64,000 nucleotides of DNA, from IMG/VR virus record IMGVR_UViG_3300028844_005363, positions 10,758 to 74,757 of that record. One strand, given 5' to 3'. The position numbers and the translations under genes are program-made. The stretch comes from a virus. The stretch's first letter is position 1. Every line of letters begins with the position of its first letter. Below the pieces are notes generated by a model, which was given only the letters and a program-made list of their open reading frames with translations, was not told the origin of the DNA and did no database searches. This document shows, one piece after another, positions 39,295-48,407 of the stretch.

Positions 39295-39631
39295 TTGGAA
39301 CCAACGTATTCTGATAGGTAAAGTCGGTAAAGAACTTACTGGCTTTAAGAATATCAGAATTGATAGAGCTACAGCATTGGGTAATCCTTATGTGCTGTAC
39401 CGTCCAGAGGACAGAGAGGGTGTATGTGAATCTTACAAACACTTCTTAGACCATGAGCTTGATAAGCAAGAGAATCAGCCTCTATTGGAACTGTTCGAGC
39501 ATATCTTTGATTTGGTATGTGATGGTCACGTAGTTAACCTACAGTGCCATTGTACGCCGTTACAGTGCCACGGTGAGGTTATAAGAGATAAGTTAATTCA
39601 TTATCTTGAGCTTCATGAAGTAGAATTTTAA
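39275..39631 (+). CDS. DUF4326-family protein
   Basis: IDRATALGNPY and LQCHCTPLQCHGEVI. Confidence 0.85.
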   Translation: MILKVNNWNQRILIGKVGKELTGFKNIRIDRATALGNPYVLYRPEDREGVCESYKHFLDHELDKQENQPLLELFEHIFDLVCDGHVVNLQCHCTPLQCHGEVIRDKLIHYLELHEVEF

Positions 39632-39658
39632 GCACCCTTCGGGGTGTTTTATTTTTTT
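39631..39658 (+). terminator. Intrinsic terminator
   Basis: AGCACCC-TTCG-GGGTGTT plus T tract. Confidence 0.85.
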
Positions 39659-39723
39659 AAGCCAAATAAAACACACGAGAACTGTATCACCTCCGCTAAT
39701 CATCTTCTGCGCGCGCTGATTAA

Positions 39724-39734
39724 GTGCTTCGCAC
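39724..39734 (+). promoter_or_regulatory. vRNAP early hairpin promoter (class A)
   Basis: GTGC-TTC-GCAC upstream of gp2-like and RNAPII genes. Confidence 0.8.
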
Positions 39735-39788
39735 ATGTGGTGGGAATAATCCCTTTATTTAAAAACCAACCACCATTGGAGATATATC

Positions 39789-40049
39789 ATGGCTTTAACA
39801 AAGACTAAGAAAACTGCTGCTAAAAACGATAACTTTGAACAGGCTGATGCGTTCATGAATTTAGAGTTAGTCGATAAGCACAACAAACGTCACAGCATTT
39901 CTAAAGGCTTACCACTTCATATTAAGAATTGGTTAATGGCTCAAATGATTACTGCTGCTGGCGAAGACCCAGATTTAGAGTTCAACCTTGTAGGTAAAAT
40001 TACAATTGTTGTTCCTGATGCTGAGCGTGAGCAAATTGCTTTCACGTAA
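39789..40049 (+). CDS. Putative ssDNA-binding RNAPII activator (N4 gp2/Drc-like)
   Basis: AFMNL...KGLPL pattern, acidic/aromatic C-terminus, directly upstream of RNAPII. Confidence 0.5.
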   Translation: MALTKTKKTAAKNDNFEQADAFMNLELVDKHNKRHSISKGLPLHIKNWLMAQMITAAGEDPDLEFNLVGKITIVVPDAEREQIAFT

Positions 40050-40069
40050 TTTGTTAGATTGTTAAATTT

Positions 40070-40102
40070 GGGTAAGCATTCGTGCTTACCCTTAATTTTT
40101 TT
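40070..40102 (+). terminator. Intrinsic terminator
   Basis: GGGTAAGCA-TTCG-TGCTTACCC plus T tract. Confidence 0.8.
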
Positions 40103-40122
40103 GGTACATAGAGGATACCCGA

Positions 40123-41049
40123 ATGTCAGATGAATTAATGTTACAACAGGTGATGATAGAGCGTACTCACAACCGCCGTGAGATAGGTAATATCATTCGT
40201 AATGAGATTATTGGCTCATACAATGAAGGTGACTTCACACCACTGGATACAGCCATAGAATTGTTAGAGGAATGGTTGTGGTTAGATGACCATGGTTACA
40301 AATCTAAGAATGATAGAGTTAGGGCTTTAAGAGCTGATCCAGATTTCAGTGCTGAAGAAGTAATACTTAATATTCTTACATGTTTATTGAGTTCACCAAC
40401 AGCATCTACCATTCAAAATGTAGCTGCTTATGCTGCGTCAACATTCGACCTTGGTGATATTTATAATAACATTAAGACTGCTTCAGAAATGATAGCTGTG
40501 ATGGTTGATGCAGACCTGTATGACATTATTCTACCTAAGAATAGTGAGACTGGTTCATTGATGGTAGAAGCTAACTTTCAGCTAACTGAAGATGTCATTA
40601 GTGATATTGCTATGCGTCATTATTTACCACCAATGTTAGTTAAACCAAACAGAGTAACTAACAATTTTGATTGTGGTTACATGACTGTTCGAGAGCATTT
40701 AGTTCTTAAAGCGCATAACTCAGATAACGTAGCACCGTTAAATTATGAAGCCATAAACATTACTAATGCTATCCCTTTAAGCCTTGATACTCATATGCTT
40801 CAGTGGAAAGAAGAGATTACCGAGAAGCACGATACGATGGCTAAGATACTTAACTTCGAGCGTATGGCTAAAGCTTCAAGAAGAGTATATGACCTGATGC
40901 TTCGTAACGGTAATAAGTTCTACGCGCCTAATAGATATTGCGCTCGCGGACGTATGCACATGCAGGGATACCACATCAATCTGCAGAGTAATAAATACAA
41001 GCGCTCGTTAATTAATCTTAATAAAAAAGTCTTAATTGGAGGTATCTAG
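40123..41049 (+). CDS. RNA polymerase II subunit 1 (N4 gp15-like)
   Basis: YLPPMLVKP, YCARGRMHMQGYHINLQ. Confidence 0.9.
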   Translation: MSDELMLQQVMIERTHNRREIGNIIRNEIIGSYNEGDFTPLDTAIELLEEWLWLDDHGYKSKNDRVRALRADPDFSAEEVILNILTCLLSSPTASTIQNVAAYAASTFDLGDIYNNIKTASEMIAVMVDADLYDIILPKNSETGSLMVEANFQLTEDVISDIAMRHYLPPMLVKPNRVTNNFDCGYMTVREHLVLKAHNSDNVAPLNYEAINITNAIPLSLDTHMLQWKEEITEKHDTMAKILNFERMAKASRRVYDLMLRNGNKFYAPNRYCARGRMHMQGYHINLQSNKYKRSLINLNKKVLIGGI

Positions 41050-41510
41050 TGCAAAGTCGTATGCATACTAAGAATCACCCGCATCCTACAGTGTTAGAGG
41101 TGATCCGTATTCGTAAGAATAAGCAAGCTATTTGGGATAGCTTGTTAGGTGATAAGTCTCCCACCACCTTTGGTGACTTGGTTGAGAGAAATGGTTGGAA
41201 CCAACTAACGGCTATGAGAGGTGGTGGTAAGTCAGTATTTGCTGGTTTGTATGGTAAAGCCTTAAACAATGACTTCTCTCCGGACTTCGCAAAATTAGAA
41301 GCTATGGCAGCAGCCCATCAAGTCAAAATGCTTGATACATTTGGTTTGCTTAGTGATAACCATATTTATAATCCTAGTGAAGATTATAAAAATCCAGCAC
41401 ATCAATGGGGTATCCATGATGAGTACCATCCAAAGAAGATTAGAACCCTTGGGCATCAAGGGATACTACATAACTATGACTTCCCCGTAATTACAGTGAG
41501 AAACCCATGA
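41049..41510 (+). CDS. Hypothetical protein between RNAPII subunits
   Basis: ORF with GTG start; RGGGKS motif. Confidence 0.6.
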   Translation: MQSRMHTKNHPHPTVLEVIRIRKNKQAIWDSLLGDKSPTTFGDLVERNGWNQLTAMRGGGKSVFAGLYGKALNNDFSPDFAKLEAMAAAHQVKMLDTFGLLSDNHIYNPSEDYKNPAHQWGIHDEYHPKKIRTLGHQGILHNYDFPVITVRNP

Positions 41511-41737
41511 GCAGAGCAGAAAAGCGTAGATACGAGCGTCAACGTAAACTTGAAGTAGCTAGGAACGAAAAGCTTATTATGGAAAGTTTAACGGGTGAAG
41601 ATTCGGATGATCATAGAAATATTGGTTGGGATATGCCATTCACATTCGATGAAACTCCGCGACGTAACATTACTAAAGCCAGAGGTGGTATTACCAAACA
41701 AGGTAAAACTAAATACCCAATTCGTAAGAAACTTTAA
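41507..41737 (+). CDS. Small basic hypothetical protein
   Basis: MSRAEKRR start; ATGA overlap. Confidence 0.6.
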   Translation: MSRAEKRRYERQRKLEVARNEKLIMESLTGEDSDDHRNIGWDMPFTFDETPRRNITKARGGITKQGKTKYPIRKKL

Positions 41738-41764
41738 TTAACTTCAATGTAGAGGATTGAACTA

Positions 41765-42751
41765 ATGGAACAATACACGCCGTACGAGTACCTGAAAATA
41801 GATGTTTGTAACAACTTCGGCTTGGATAAATTGTTATGGAGCCAGCGCATACAATGGTTCAATGATAATGAAGCCAACTTATATGACTTGGTAGAACAGT
41901 CTGATAATAGTTGGGGTTTCATCAAAGCATTGAACGCGGTTGAAGATGCTAAAGCACATAAACCTACCGGTCATATTATGGGGCTAGATGCCACAGCGTC
42001 AGGACCACAAATCATAGCGTGTCTTACTGGCTGCATAACATCAGCTAGACAGGTGAACTTAGTCAATACAGGTAAGCGTGAAGATGCATACCTAAACATG
42101 ACTACTCACATGGATGATAAGTTTGGTTTGCAAATAGAACGGGATGATATTAAGCCAGCACTAATGACTACATTCTACGCGTCTACAGCTAAGCCAAAGG
42201 AAATATTCGGTAAAGATACACCTGAGCTAGCAGCATTCTATGATGCATTAGAAGCTAAGTTTCCGGGCTGTGTAGAGTACCTGAGTGACGTTCAAAGCTT
42301 ATGGAACCCAGAAGCCTTAGAATACAGTTTCACGTTACCTGATGGTCATGTGGCGCGCTTCAAGGTCATGGAAACCATGGAAGCTAGAATTGAAGTAGGT
42401 GAGATTAAATCATCATTTACGTACCAAACCAAAGTTAATGCAGCTATGGATTTTGGCTTATCGTTACAAGCTAATATCGTACAAGCTATTGATGGTTGGA
42501 TTGACCGTGAAATGAAGATACGTGCATACAAGCAAGGTTGGGAAGTCATATCAATATTTGATGATTGGCGAGCCAGTCCTAATAATATGCAACAGCTTCG
42601 TCAGAACTATGTAGACATACTTTGTGAGCTTGCTGATATGGATATACTTTCAAGTATATTAAGTGAGATTGCAGGTGAAGATATAGTGTTCGAAAAGCTA
42701 AGTGATAATCTATCAGATTACATTAAAGATGCTGAATATCCATTGAGTTAA
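41765..42751 (+). CDS. RNA polymerase II subunit 2 (N4 gp16-like)
   Basis: GLDATASGPQ (motif A), RDDIKPALMTTFY (motif B), SIFDD (motif C). Confidence 0.92.
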   Translation: MEQYTPYEYLKIDVCNNFGLDKLLWSQRIQWFNDNEANLYDLVEQSDNSWGFIKALNAVEDAKAHKPTGHIMGLDATASGPQIIACLTGCITSARQVNLVNTGKREDAYLNMTTHMDDKFGLQIERDDIKPALMTTFYASTAKPKEIFGKDTPELAAFYDALEAKFPGCVEYLSDVQSLWNPEALEYSFTLPDGHVARFKVMETMEARIEVGEIKSSFTYQTKVNAAMDFGLSLQANIVQAIDGWIDREMKIRAYKQGWEVISIFDDWRASPNNMQQLRQNYVDILCELADMDILSSILSEIAGEDIVFEKLSDNLSDYIKDAEYPLS

Positions 42752-42771
42752 AAGATACTAACCTAGGGGAG

Positions 42772-42786
42772 GTGCACTACGTGCAC
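42772..42786 (+). promoter_or_regulatory. Triloop hairpin promoter candidate (class B)
   Basis: GTGCAC-TAC-GTGCAC. Confidence 0.45.
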
Positions 42787-42923
42787 TTTGCTTGGGTTAG
42801 TTAACTTTTTTTCTACTAGAACTCACCGATTAAATTGGTAAGAATTTTAGGGAAAAAGATAGTAAATTGAAAATCTAACTATCTATAAACTAACTTTTAA
42901 AATCATACCCTTTTTGACTGTTC

Positions 42924-42967
42924 ATACCCTATAAGATGCCTCTATCATTTTATAGGGTATTTTTTTA
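42924..42967 (+). terminator. Terminator-like hairpin
   Basis: ATACCCTATAA...TTATAGGGTAT plus T tract. Confidence 0.55.
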
Positions 42968-42979
42968 TTAGGAATACAA

Positions 42980-43798
42980 ATGAAATCAGTATTAGATACA
43001 CAATTTAAGATAGTACCGGAAGCAGGCGAACCAACTAAGTTAAAGTTTGACCCAATTCAGTTATATCATATGTGTGAATTACAGGATGAAGCTAATACAG
43101 CTATGTCATCTTCAGCGTGGCGTGATAGTACAGATGATTCTTTATGGTATTACCGTGCGATCAACAATGAGCTAGCAGAGCTTGCTACTCACATTGGTAT
43201 CAAATGGTGGAAGAACGAGCATCCTACAGATGAAATCGAAAAAGCAGCTTTTGCCCAGGCACGTATGGAAGTAGTAGATATTCTGCACTTTGCTTTGTCT
43301 TACGTAATTCGTGATATTCATAAGAAAGTACAAGAACCATTGTACGACACGATTGTACAAATGCCAGCATTACAGTACCCAGTCCTCATTCCATTAGGTC
43401 GCTTTGCAGGTAACGATGCAGCAATGCTAAATACTACTTATGACACGGTTACTATCAACGATTTTGTTGAACAGTGCCAATTCGTAACGCTAGCGAATGC
43501 AGGCTTACCACTAAACTACCTGCTTGTATTGGCTGAGATGCTTGGTTTCACAGCACAAGAACTCTACGTGACTTATATAGGTAAGAATATACTTAACAAG
43601 TTCCGTACTGCTAACGGTCAGCGTGATGGTTCATACTTGAAAATTTGGAACGGTATTGAAGATAACGAATACTTATCATCATTCCTGAATAACCATTTTG
43701 AAACTAATGATCAACCAACAGGTATTGATGATGTTATGGATTACCTAACAGGTGTTTATGCAAACCATGTAGACCAAGGTACCGCTACTCGCGGTTAA
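42980..43798 (+). CDS. dut: Dimeric (all-alpha) dUTPase
   Basis: KWWK, EVVDILHF, YIGKNILNKFR, YLKIWNGIEDN. Confidence 0.88.
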   Translation: MKSVLDTQFKIVPEAGEPTKLKFDPIQLYHMCELQDEANTAMSSSAWRDSTDDSLWYYRAINNELAELATHIGIKWWKNEHPTDEIEKAAFAQARMEVVDILHFALSYVIRDIHKKVQEPLYDTIVQMPALQYPVLIPLGRFAGNDAAMLNTTYDTVTINDFVEQCQFVTLANAGLPLNYLLVLAEMLGFTAQELYVTYIGKNILNKFRTANGQRDGSYLKIWNGIEDNEYLSSFLNNHFETNDQPTGIDDVMDYLTGVYANHVDQGTATRG

Positions 43799-43806
43799 GG
43801 AAGTAT

Positions 43807-44277
43807 ATGTTTAAGTTTATTAGAAAGCTGTTCAGAAAGAAGCATAAATTTACAGGTACTCGTTTTACAAAGCGCCGTGTTGTATGCCCTTCAAAAGGTG
43901 ATGCGTATTTGTTGTACTACAACAGAAATCTGGATTTATGGTTCACTTACGCAGAACTTTCAGATTACTACACCGCAGCGCAGTTGACTAAGTACACGGT
44001 ACTTTCCCCTAGTGAAGATACAGAAACATCAGATGATGCTGCATGGTTTAAGCATGGTTGGCAAGATAACCACGAAGTGACTGACCCTGCTCTTAGATCT
44101 GAAGGATACACTCACGATGTAAGTCCTACTAGAAGGTTCAATAGAGATCAGTACCACAGCAGCCATGATAATAGCAGTAATGTTGGTATCTCTGATAGCG
44201 GTAGTTACAGTTCGTCTAGTGACAGCAGTAGTAGTAGTTGTTCTGGTGGTGGATTTTCAGGAGGTGGTTGCGATTAA
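43807..44277 (+). CDS. Hypothetical protein with Ser/Gly low-complexity tail
   Basis: SSSSDSSSSSCSGGGFSGGGCD. Confidence 0.7.
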   Translation: MFKFIRKLFRKKHKFTGTRFTKRRVVCPSKGDAYLLYYNRNLDLWFTYAELSDYYTAAQLTKYTVLSPSEDTETSDDAAWFKHGWQDNHEVTDPALRSEGYTHDVSPTRRFNRDQYHSSHDNSSNVGISDSGSYSSSSDSSSSSCSGGGFSGGGCD

Positions 44278-44341
44278 GTAATAATAGTAGGGCGCGGTTC
44301 CGCGCTCTATTCCCAATTTTTTATTCACCATAGGAATAAAT

Positions 44342-44584
44342 ATGAGCCAAATTTCATATACTCAATGGCTTGCAGAGAACTCTTATCGTGCAGACGAGAT
44401 GGTCTCTGAAGCTCAAGTTATTTCAACAGGCACAGTTAAAGAAAAAATCGAAGAAATTATCAGCTATGAAGAAAAATCTGAAATTCTCTTTGAGATAGTA
44501 AAACCTCAAACTAGTAAAACGTTGCGTGAAATCACAGCTGCTGAATTACGTGAACTTGCCCTTAATTTTAAGGATGGTTTGTAA
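44342..44584 (+). CDS. Hypothetical protein
   Basis: AGGA RBS. Confidence 0.7.
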   Translation: MSQISYTQWLAENSYRADEMVSEAQVISTGTVKEKIEEIISYEEKSEILFEIVKPQTSKTLREITAAELRELALNFKDGL

Positions 44585-44931
44585 TGATAGCGGTACACAG
44601 GCAAAAATTAATTCCTGGGCTTGCAATACCTTTAACTGGTGCTTTAGTTGCAGCTAGTGTTGCTTTTCGTACTCGCGACCCAATCAAGTTTGTCCTCCCA
44701 ATTTTTGGTAACACAGTAGAAAAAGCAAACCAAAAGCGTATCGCTGAGAGTAATGAAGCTTGGACTGAAATATTCAAGTTCATTAATGAAAATTACTATC
44801 ACGATAAGGAACATACTTACGTGATGCTGACAACCAAAATTTATGGTAATCGTTCTGTAATTTTCGTAGAAATAGAAGACCCTCAAGAGGTGAGTAAAGA
44901 TGAAAAGCTTAGAATACAAACAAAAGTATAA
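44584..44931 (+). CDS. Hypothetical protein
   Basis: TAATG coupling. Confidence 0.6.
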   Translation: MIAVHRQKLIPGLAIPLTGALVAASVAFRTRDPIKFVLPIFGNTVEKANQKRIAESNEAWTEIFKFINENYYHDKEHTYVMLTTKIYGNRSVIFVEIEDPQEVSKDEKLRIQTKV

Positions 44932-44989
44932 TGCTTTGATTGATGAATTACATGGCGCACTTGTCATTAATTCTAAGGGTGGTTTGTAA
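44900..44989 (+). CDS. 29-aa mini-protein (not in ORF track)
   Basis: MKSLEYKQKYNALIDELHGALVINSKGGL; GAGGTG RBS; TAATG coupling to next gene. Confidence 0.5.
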   Translation: MKSLEYKQKYNALIDELHGALVINSKGGL

Positions 44990-45372
44990 TGAGAGTACAA
45001 AACCACTTAGCACAGTTAGCTGGTAAGCAGATAAACCAACTGTGCAAAAACACTGATGAAGCTAAGGCACTCGCTGTTACAGTCCTTATGGATTTGATGA
45101 ACCTATCAAATCAAGAAGAGCTTCATTTGTCAGTTGGTCCACTAAAATTTTCAATCATTGTTGAAGAGTCAGACGTCGGACTTGATTTAAAAGAACGTGA
45201 CCTCCAAGGCGACACTACTTACGTAGATAAAGTCACTGAAGGGATGCAAAAATTTGGCATGCCGGTAACGTTTCATGAGCCACCAGCACCTACAGTAGAT
45301 TTCAAACAAAAGTACTCTGCCTTAGTTGCTGAGTTACGTGGCGCACTTGCAGAGCTTGCAGCGAAGATTTAG
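44989..45372 (+). CDS. Hypothetical protein
   Basis: Coupled ORF. Confidence 0.7.
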   Translation: MRVQNHLAQLAGKQINQLCKNTDEAKALAVTVLMDLMNLSNQEELHLSVGPLKFSIIVEESDVGLDLKERDLQGDTTYVDKVTEGMQKFGMPVTFHEPPAPTVDFKQKYSALVAELRGALAELAAKI

Positions 45373-45405
45373 CTTTTGAAATCACGCAAATATTGGAGAA
45401 CCAAA

Positions 45406-45744
45406 ATGACTAAAAAAGTGTTAGTAGAAATGCTTGCTTCAGACCTGCATTTACTAGGCGAGCATCGTGTTGTTAGTACTGATGTATGTTTACTTGAAGT
45501 ACTTAACCAAAACATAACTCACTTTGATGAGTTGTCTGATTATGAGCAATCACAAGTAGTTGAAGATTGTGCCGAATCAATTAAAGAAGATGCTTCAGGT
45601 ATTTTCACAGAAATTTACTTAGGGCGTTGTCCTCAAAAAGATACCCGTACATACACTCTTTTAGACCATGGAGTGTACTACGAAGGTAACTACATTGAAG
45701 ACGGTGATGTACTTACAATTGATGTTTATAAGGACTCCGTGTAA
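45406..45744 (+). CDS. Hypothetical protein
   Basis: GGAG RBS before MTKKV. Confidence 0.7.
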   Translation: MTKKVLVEMLASDLHLLGEHRVVSTDVCLLEVLNQNITHFDELSDYEQSQVVEDCAESIKEDASGIFTEIYLGRCPQKDTRTYTLLDHGVYYEGNYIEDGDVLTIDVYKDSV

Positions 45745-46187
45745 TGAATAATGTAAATTTTAGTGAATTGACTGATGCACAACTAGCTGTTGTGTTGGAA
45801 GCCATACGCCGCACTATAAAGCAAGGTAAACCAGCTTTCTCTACTGTTGTAGGTGATTGTGTATACCGCACTCCTGAAGGCTTACGTTGTGCTGTAGGCT
45901 CTATTATTGAAAACAAACTCTGCACTCCTGCTATAGAGAAAAGAAGTATCAATGTAGGGGTAGTACAAAGAGCAGTATTCGCTAGCTTCCCTGGTGTTGA
46001 TTTAGATAATCCAGCGTTTATTAGTATCATGGCAACTGTTCAGACCGCGCATGATCAGGTAGCGACAGCAGATGATGATGAAACAGATTTTCGAGAAGCT
46101 TTTGTTACTCGATTGAGCGCCACATTCCCCTCAGTGGTTATGTCAATAATCCGTGGATATGTGGATTTTTATAAATCAAAAGACTAA
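45744..46187 (+). CDS. Conserved-looking phage hypothetical protein
   Basis: KQGKPA...CVYR...LRCAVG...QTAHD. Confidence 0.75.
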   Translation: MNNVNFSELTDAQLAVVLEAIRRTIKQGKPAFSTVVGDCVYRTPEGLRCAVGSIIENKLCTPAIEKRSINVGVVQRAVFASFPGVDLDNPAFISIMATVQTAHDQVATADDDETDFREAFVTRLSATFPSVVMSIIRGYVDFYKSKD

Positions 46188-46195
46188 GGAAAATA

Positions 46196-47002
46196 ATGTC
46201 TATACATGCAGACTATTTCTTTAAAGATTCAGAGCAAATGGTATTAGCTGTTGATGTAGTAATTCGCCGACAGAATCTCACTAGTTTTTGGTGTGATACT
46301 ACCTTAAACTCTATAACAGGTTTAGAGTTTAAGATAGACGCTTCAGATGTTTACACTAAAGAGTTGCTTAAATCTACAGGCGCTTGGCTAGATGTACGTA
46401 AGAGTCCATGGGCAGTTTTAGATGGACCAATGCATTTGAAGAATCTTGTAAGTAATGACCCAAAATCAAGTTACAAAACAATCTATTTACGTGATAGTGA
46501 CCTTCACTATTTACATGCAAATGGTTTGGTAGAATCAGACACCATAGCAGCACCTACTCTACCCCCAGAACCTTTACCGTCTACTACTACTACACCAGTA
46601 AAATTAACAGGAAATAAAATGACTACATCACTTAAGCAAACAGCAGCAGCAACACTTGAATCAAACAAAGCAGGCGGCATCCTTGCCCTTAAAGTTGCGG
46701 TAGGTAAAGCAGCAAATCGTACAGCAGTTCGTGCAATCAAAGGTAAGCTACCAATGATGGCTCGCGGTTATGCTGACACTCCATTAGGCGCACTAGTTGT
46801 AGCTAACTTGGCTCAGGTAGCAGTACACCAGTTTGCAAGTACCAATCTTAAAGCAGCTACGGTTGCTGATGCAATGGTACAGGCAGCAATGCTTGACGTA
46901 GTAAACATGATTGATATTGATACTCTTATGGATGGTATTCTCGATAAAGTTAGCGATACTAAAATCGACGACTTAATCAAGGCTACTGAAGAGTCTAAGT
47001 AA
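46196..47002 (+). CDS. Two-domain hypothetical protein with Pro/Thr linker
   Basis: Possible internal start at 46619. Confidence 0.7.
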   Translation: MSIHADYFFKDSEQMVLAVDVVIRRQNLTSFWCDTTLNSITGLEFKIDASDVYTKELLKSTGAWLDVRKSPWAVLDGPMHLKNLVSNDPKSSYKTIYLRDSDLHYLHANGLVESDTIAAPTLPPEPLPSTTTTPVKLTGNKMTTSLKQTAAATLESNKAGGILALKVAVGKAANRTAVRAIKGKLPMMARGYADTPLGALVVANLAQVAVHQFASTNLKAATVADAMVQAAMLDVVNMIDIDTLMDGILDKVSDTKIDDLIKATEESK

Positions 47003-47022
47003 TCAAAGTACTTTTACTAGGG

Positions 47023-47037
47023 GCGTACTCCGTACGC
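47023..47037 (+). promoter_or_regulatory. Triloop hairpin promoter candidate (class B)
   Basis: GCGTAC-TCC-GTACGC; template C-GGA-G. Confidence 0.5.
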
Positions 47038-47076
47038 TCTTATTCCCCTGTAATCTCAAATATAAGTAGATACATA

Positions 47077-47511
47077 ATGGATACATTAACTAAATTACAA
47101 GCAACCGCTAAGCGTATATTAGATTTTCCTGAAGACCTAAATTTGCACATGGCATCTTATGCATCAAAGCCTGTAAGTCAACTGGTAGATAACAAGCATG
47201 TTTGTGGTACTACATTTTGTGCTGTAGGGTTTTTAGCTCATTTAGATAGTTACCCTAAAGAGTACCGCACGGCTTGTACTGAGTTCAAATACGCTGCGTA
47301 CTCTGAGGACTTAATCGGTGATCCACAAAATGCTTTTGATTTTTCAAACAACTGGCAATTTCTATTTTCTGAAAATTGGACAGACGACTTAGTTTTATTA
47401 AAGAAGCGAGCGGCATACGTACTTGAACATGATGACATACCTGATACTGATGATTGGTATAAGTTCGATAACTTAAATGAGCAATCATTTCTTAATAAAT
47501 GGAATACCTAA
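47077..47511 (+). CDS. Hypothetical protein, paralog family 2
   Basis: CGTTFCAVG...WQFLF...LKKRAAYVL. Confidence 0.8.
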   Translation: MDTLTKLQATAKRILDFPEDLNLHMASYASKPVSQLVDNKHVCGTTFCAVGFLAHLDSYPKEYRTACTEFKYAAYSEDLIGDPQNAFDFSNNWQFLFSENWTDDLVLLKKRAAYVLEHDDIPDTDDWYKFDNLNEQSFLNKWNT

Positions 47512-47987
47512 CAATGGTTGCATTATCTAAATTTCAAGAAACAGCACAGCGCATACTTAATTTCCCAGAAACCTTCATACTTGATATGGGTACTTACTCA
47601 TCTAGCCAAGACGATGACGTTACTAAAAGACGCGCTCATAATTGCGGTACGTCTTATTGTGCTGCCGGTTGGTTAGCTTATCAAGATGAATATCCTGAGC
47701 AATATCGTGAAGACGTTGCATGGTATCCACTAATTTTGTTTAGGCATGCTGAGTACTCTGCCGCCCTTATAGGTCATGAACAATTTGGCTTAGAGTGGAC
47801 TTTCTTGTTTGGTGATTTCTGGTCAGATACATTTGAATCTCTTAAAAAGAGAGCGCATTACGTATTAAACCATAATGCTGTACCACCTAAAAACCAATGG
47901 TATCAGTACATGCGTACTCAAAATAAAGAAGTTTTTGAGTTTAATTATATGAGTCAAATTAATCGCCTTTATTTAGGTAGTGAATAA
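47499..47987 (+). CDS. Hypothetical protein, paralog family 2
   Basis: CGTSYCAAG...WTFLF...LKKRAHYVL. Confidence 0.8.
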   Translation: MEYLTMVALSKFQETAQRILNFPETFILDMGTYSSSQDDDVTKRRAHNCGTSYCAAGWLAYQDEYPEQYREDVAWYPLILFRHAEYSAALIGHEQFGLEWTFLFGDFWSDTFESLKKRAHYVLNHNAVPPKNQWYQYMRTQNKEVFEFNYMSQINRLYLGSE

Positions 47988-48000
47988 TTAAGGTAATTTT

Positions 48001-48246
48001 ATGTCAGTAACTATACAAAAAGTACCAAACAAAGTTCGTGTAGATGCAGTAGACGCAGGTGAGGTTGTTATCTTTAACGAGCAAGCTTGGATTATTACTG
48101 AGGGTCATGGCGTAGGTCGTCACGAAGATTTAGTTTATGCAGTTAATTTGGATAACTTAAACAGCGCTTTACTTGAACCATTTGATTTAGTTCAACTAGC
48201 TTACTTTATTAAAAAAGAGTTAGTAGTAGCACCAAAAGGTATTTAA
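48001..48246 (+). CDS. Hypothetical protein
   Basis: AAGGT RBS. Confidence 0.7.
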   Translation: MSVTIQKVPNKVRVDAVDAGEVVIFNEQAWIITEGHGVGRHEDLVYAVNLDNLNSALLEPFDLVQLAYFIKKELVVAPKGI

Positions 48247-48407
48247 TTTGTGTTGTCCGTTGGAAATAAACCAAGCTGATAAAGACTTGGCTATTGTAAA
48301 GTATGGCTGTAACCAAGACGAGCTGTTTGAAGCTGAGAAGCTTTATTACCGCTCGTCTTATTCATGGCTTACATGCGCAAAAATTATCACTAAAAAGAGA
48401 GTACAGA

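Noticed and set aside
34204-39734. CRISPR-like or REP-like repeat array
   Set aside because: Repeats are only 11-12 nt, irregularly spaced and upstream of genes; better explained as vRNAP promoters.
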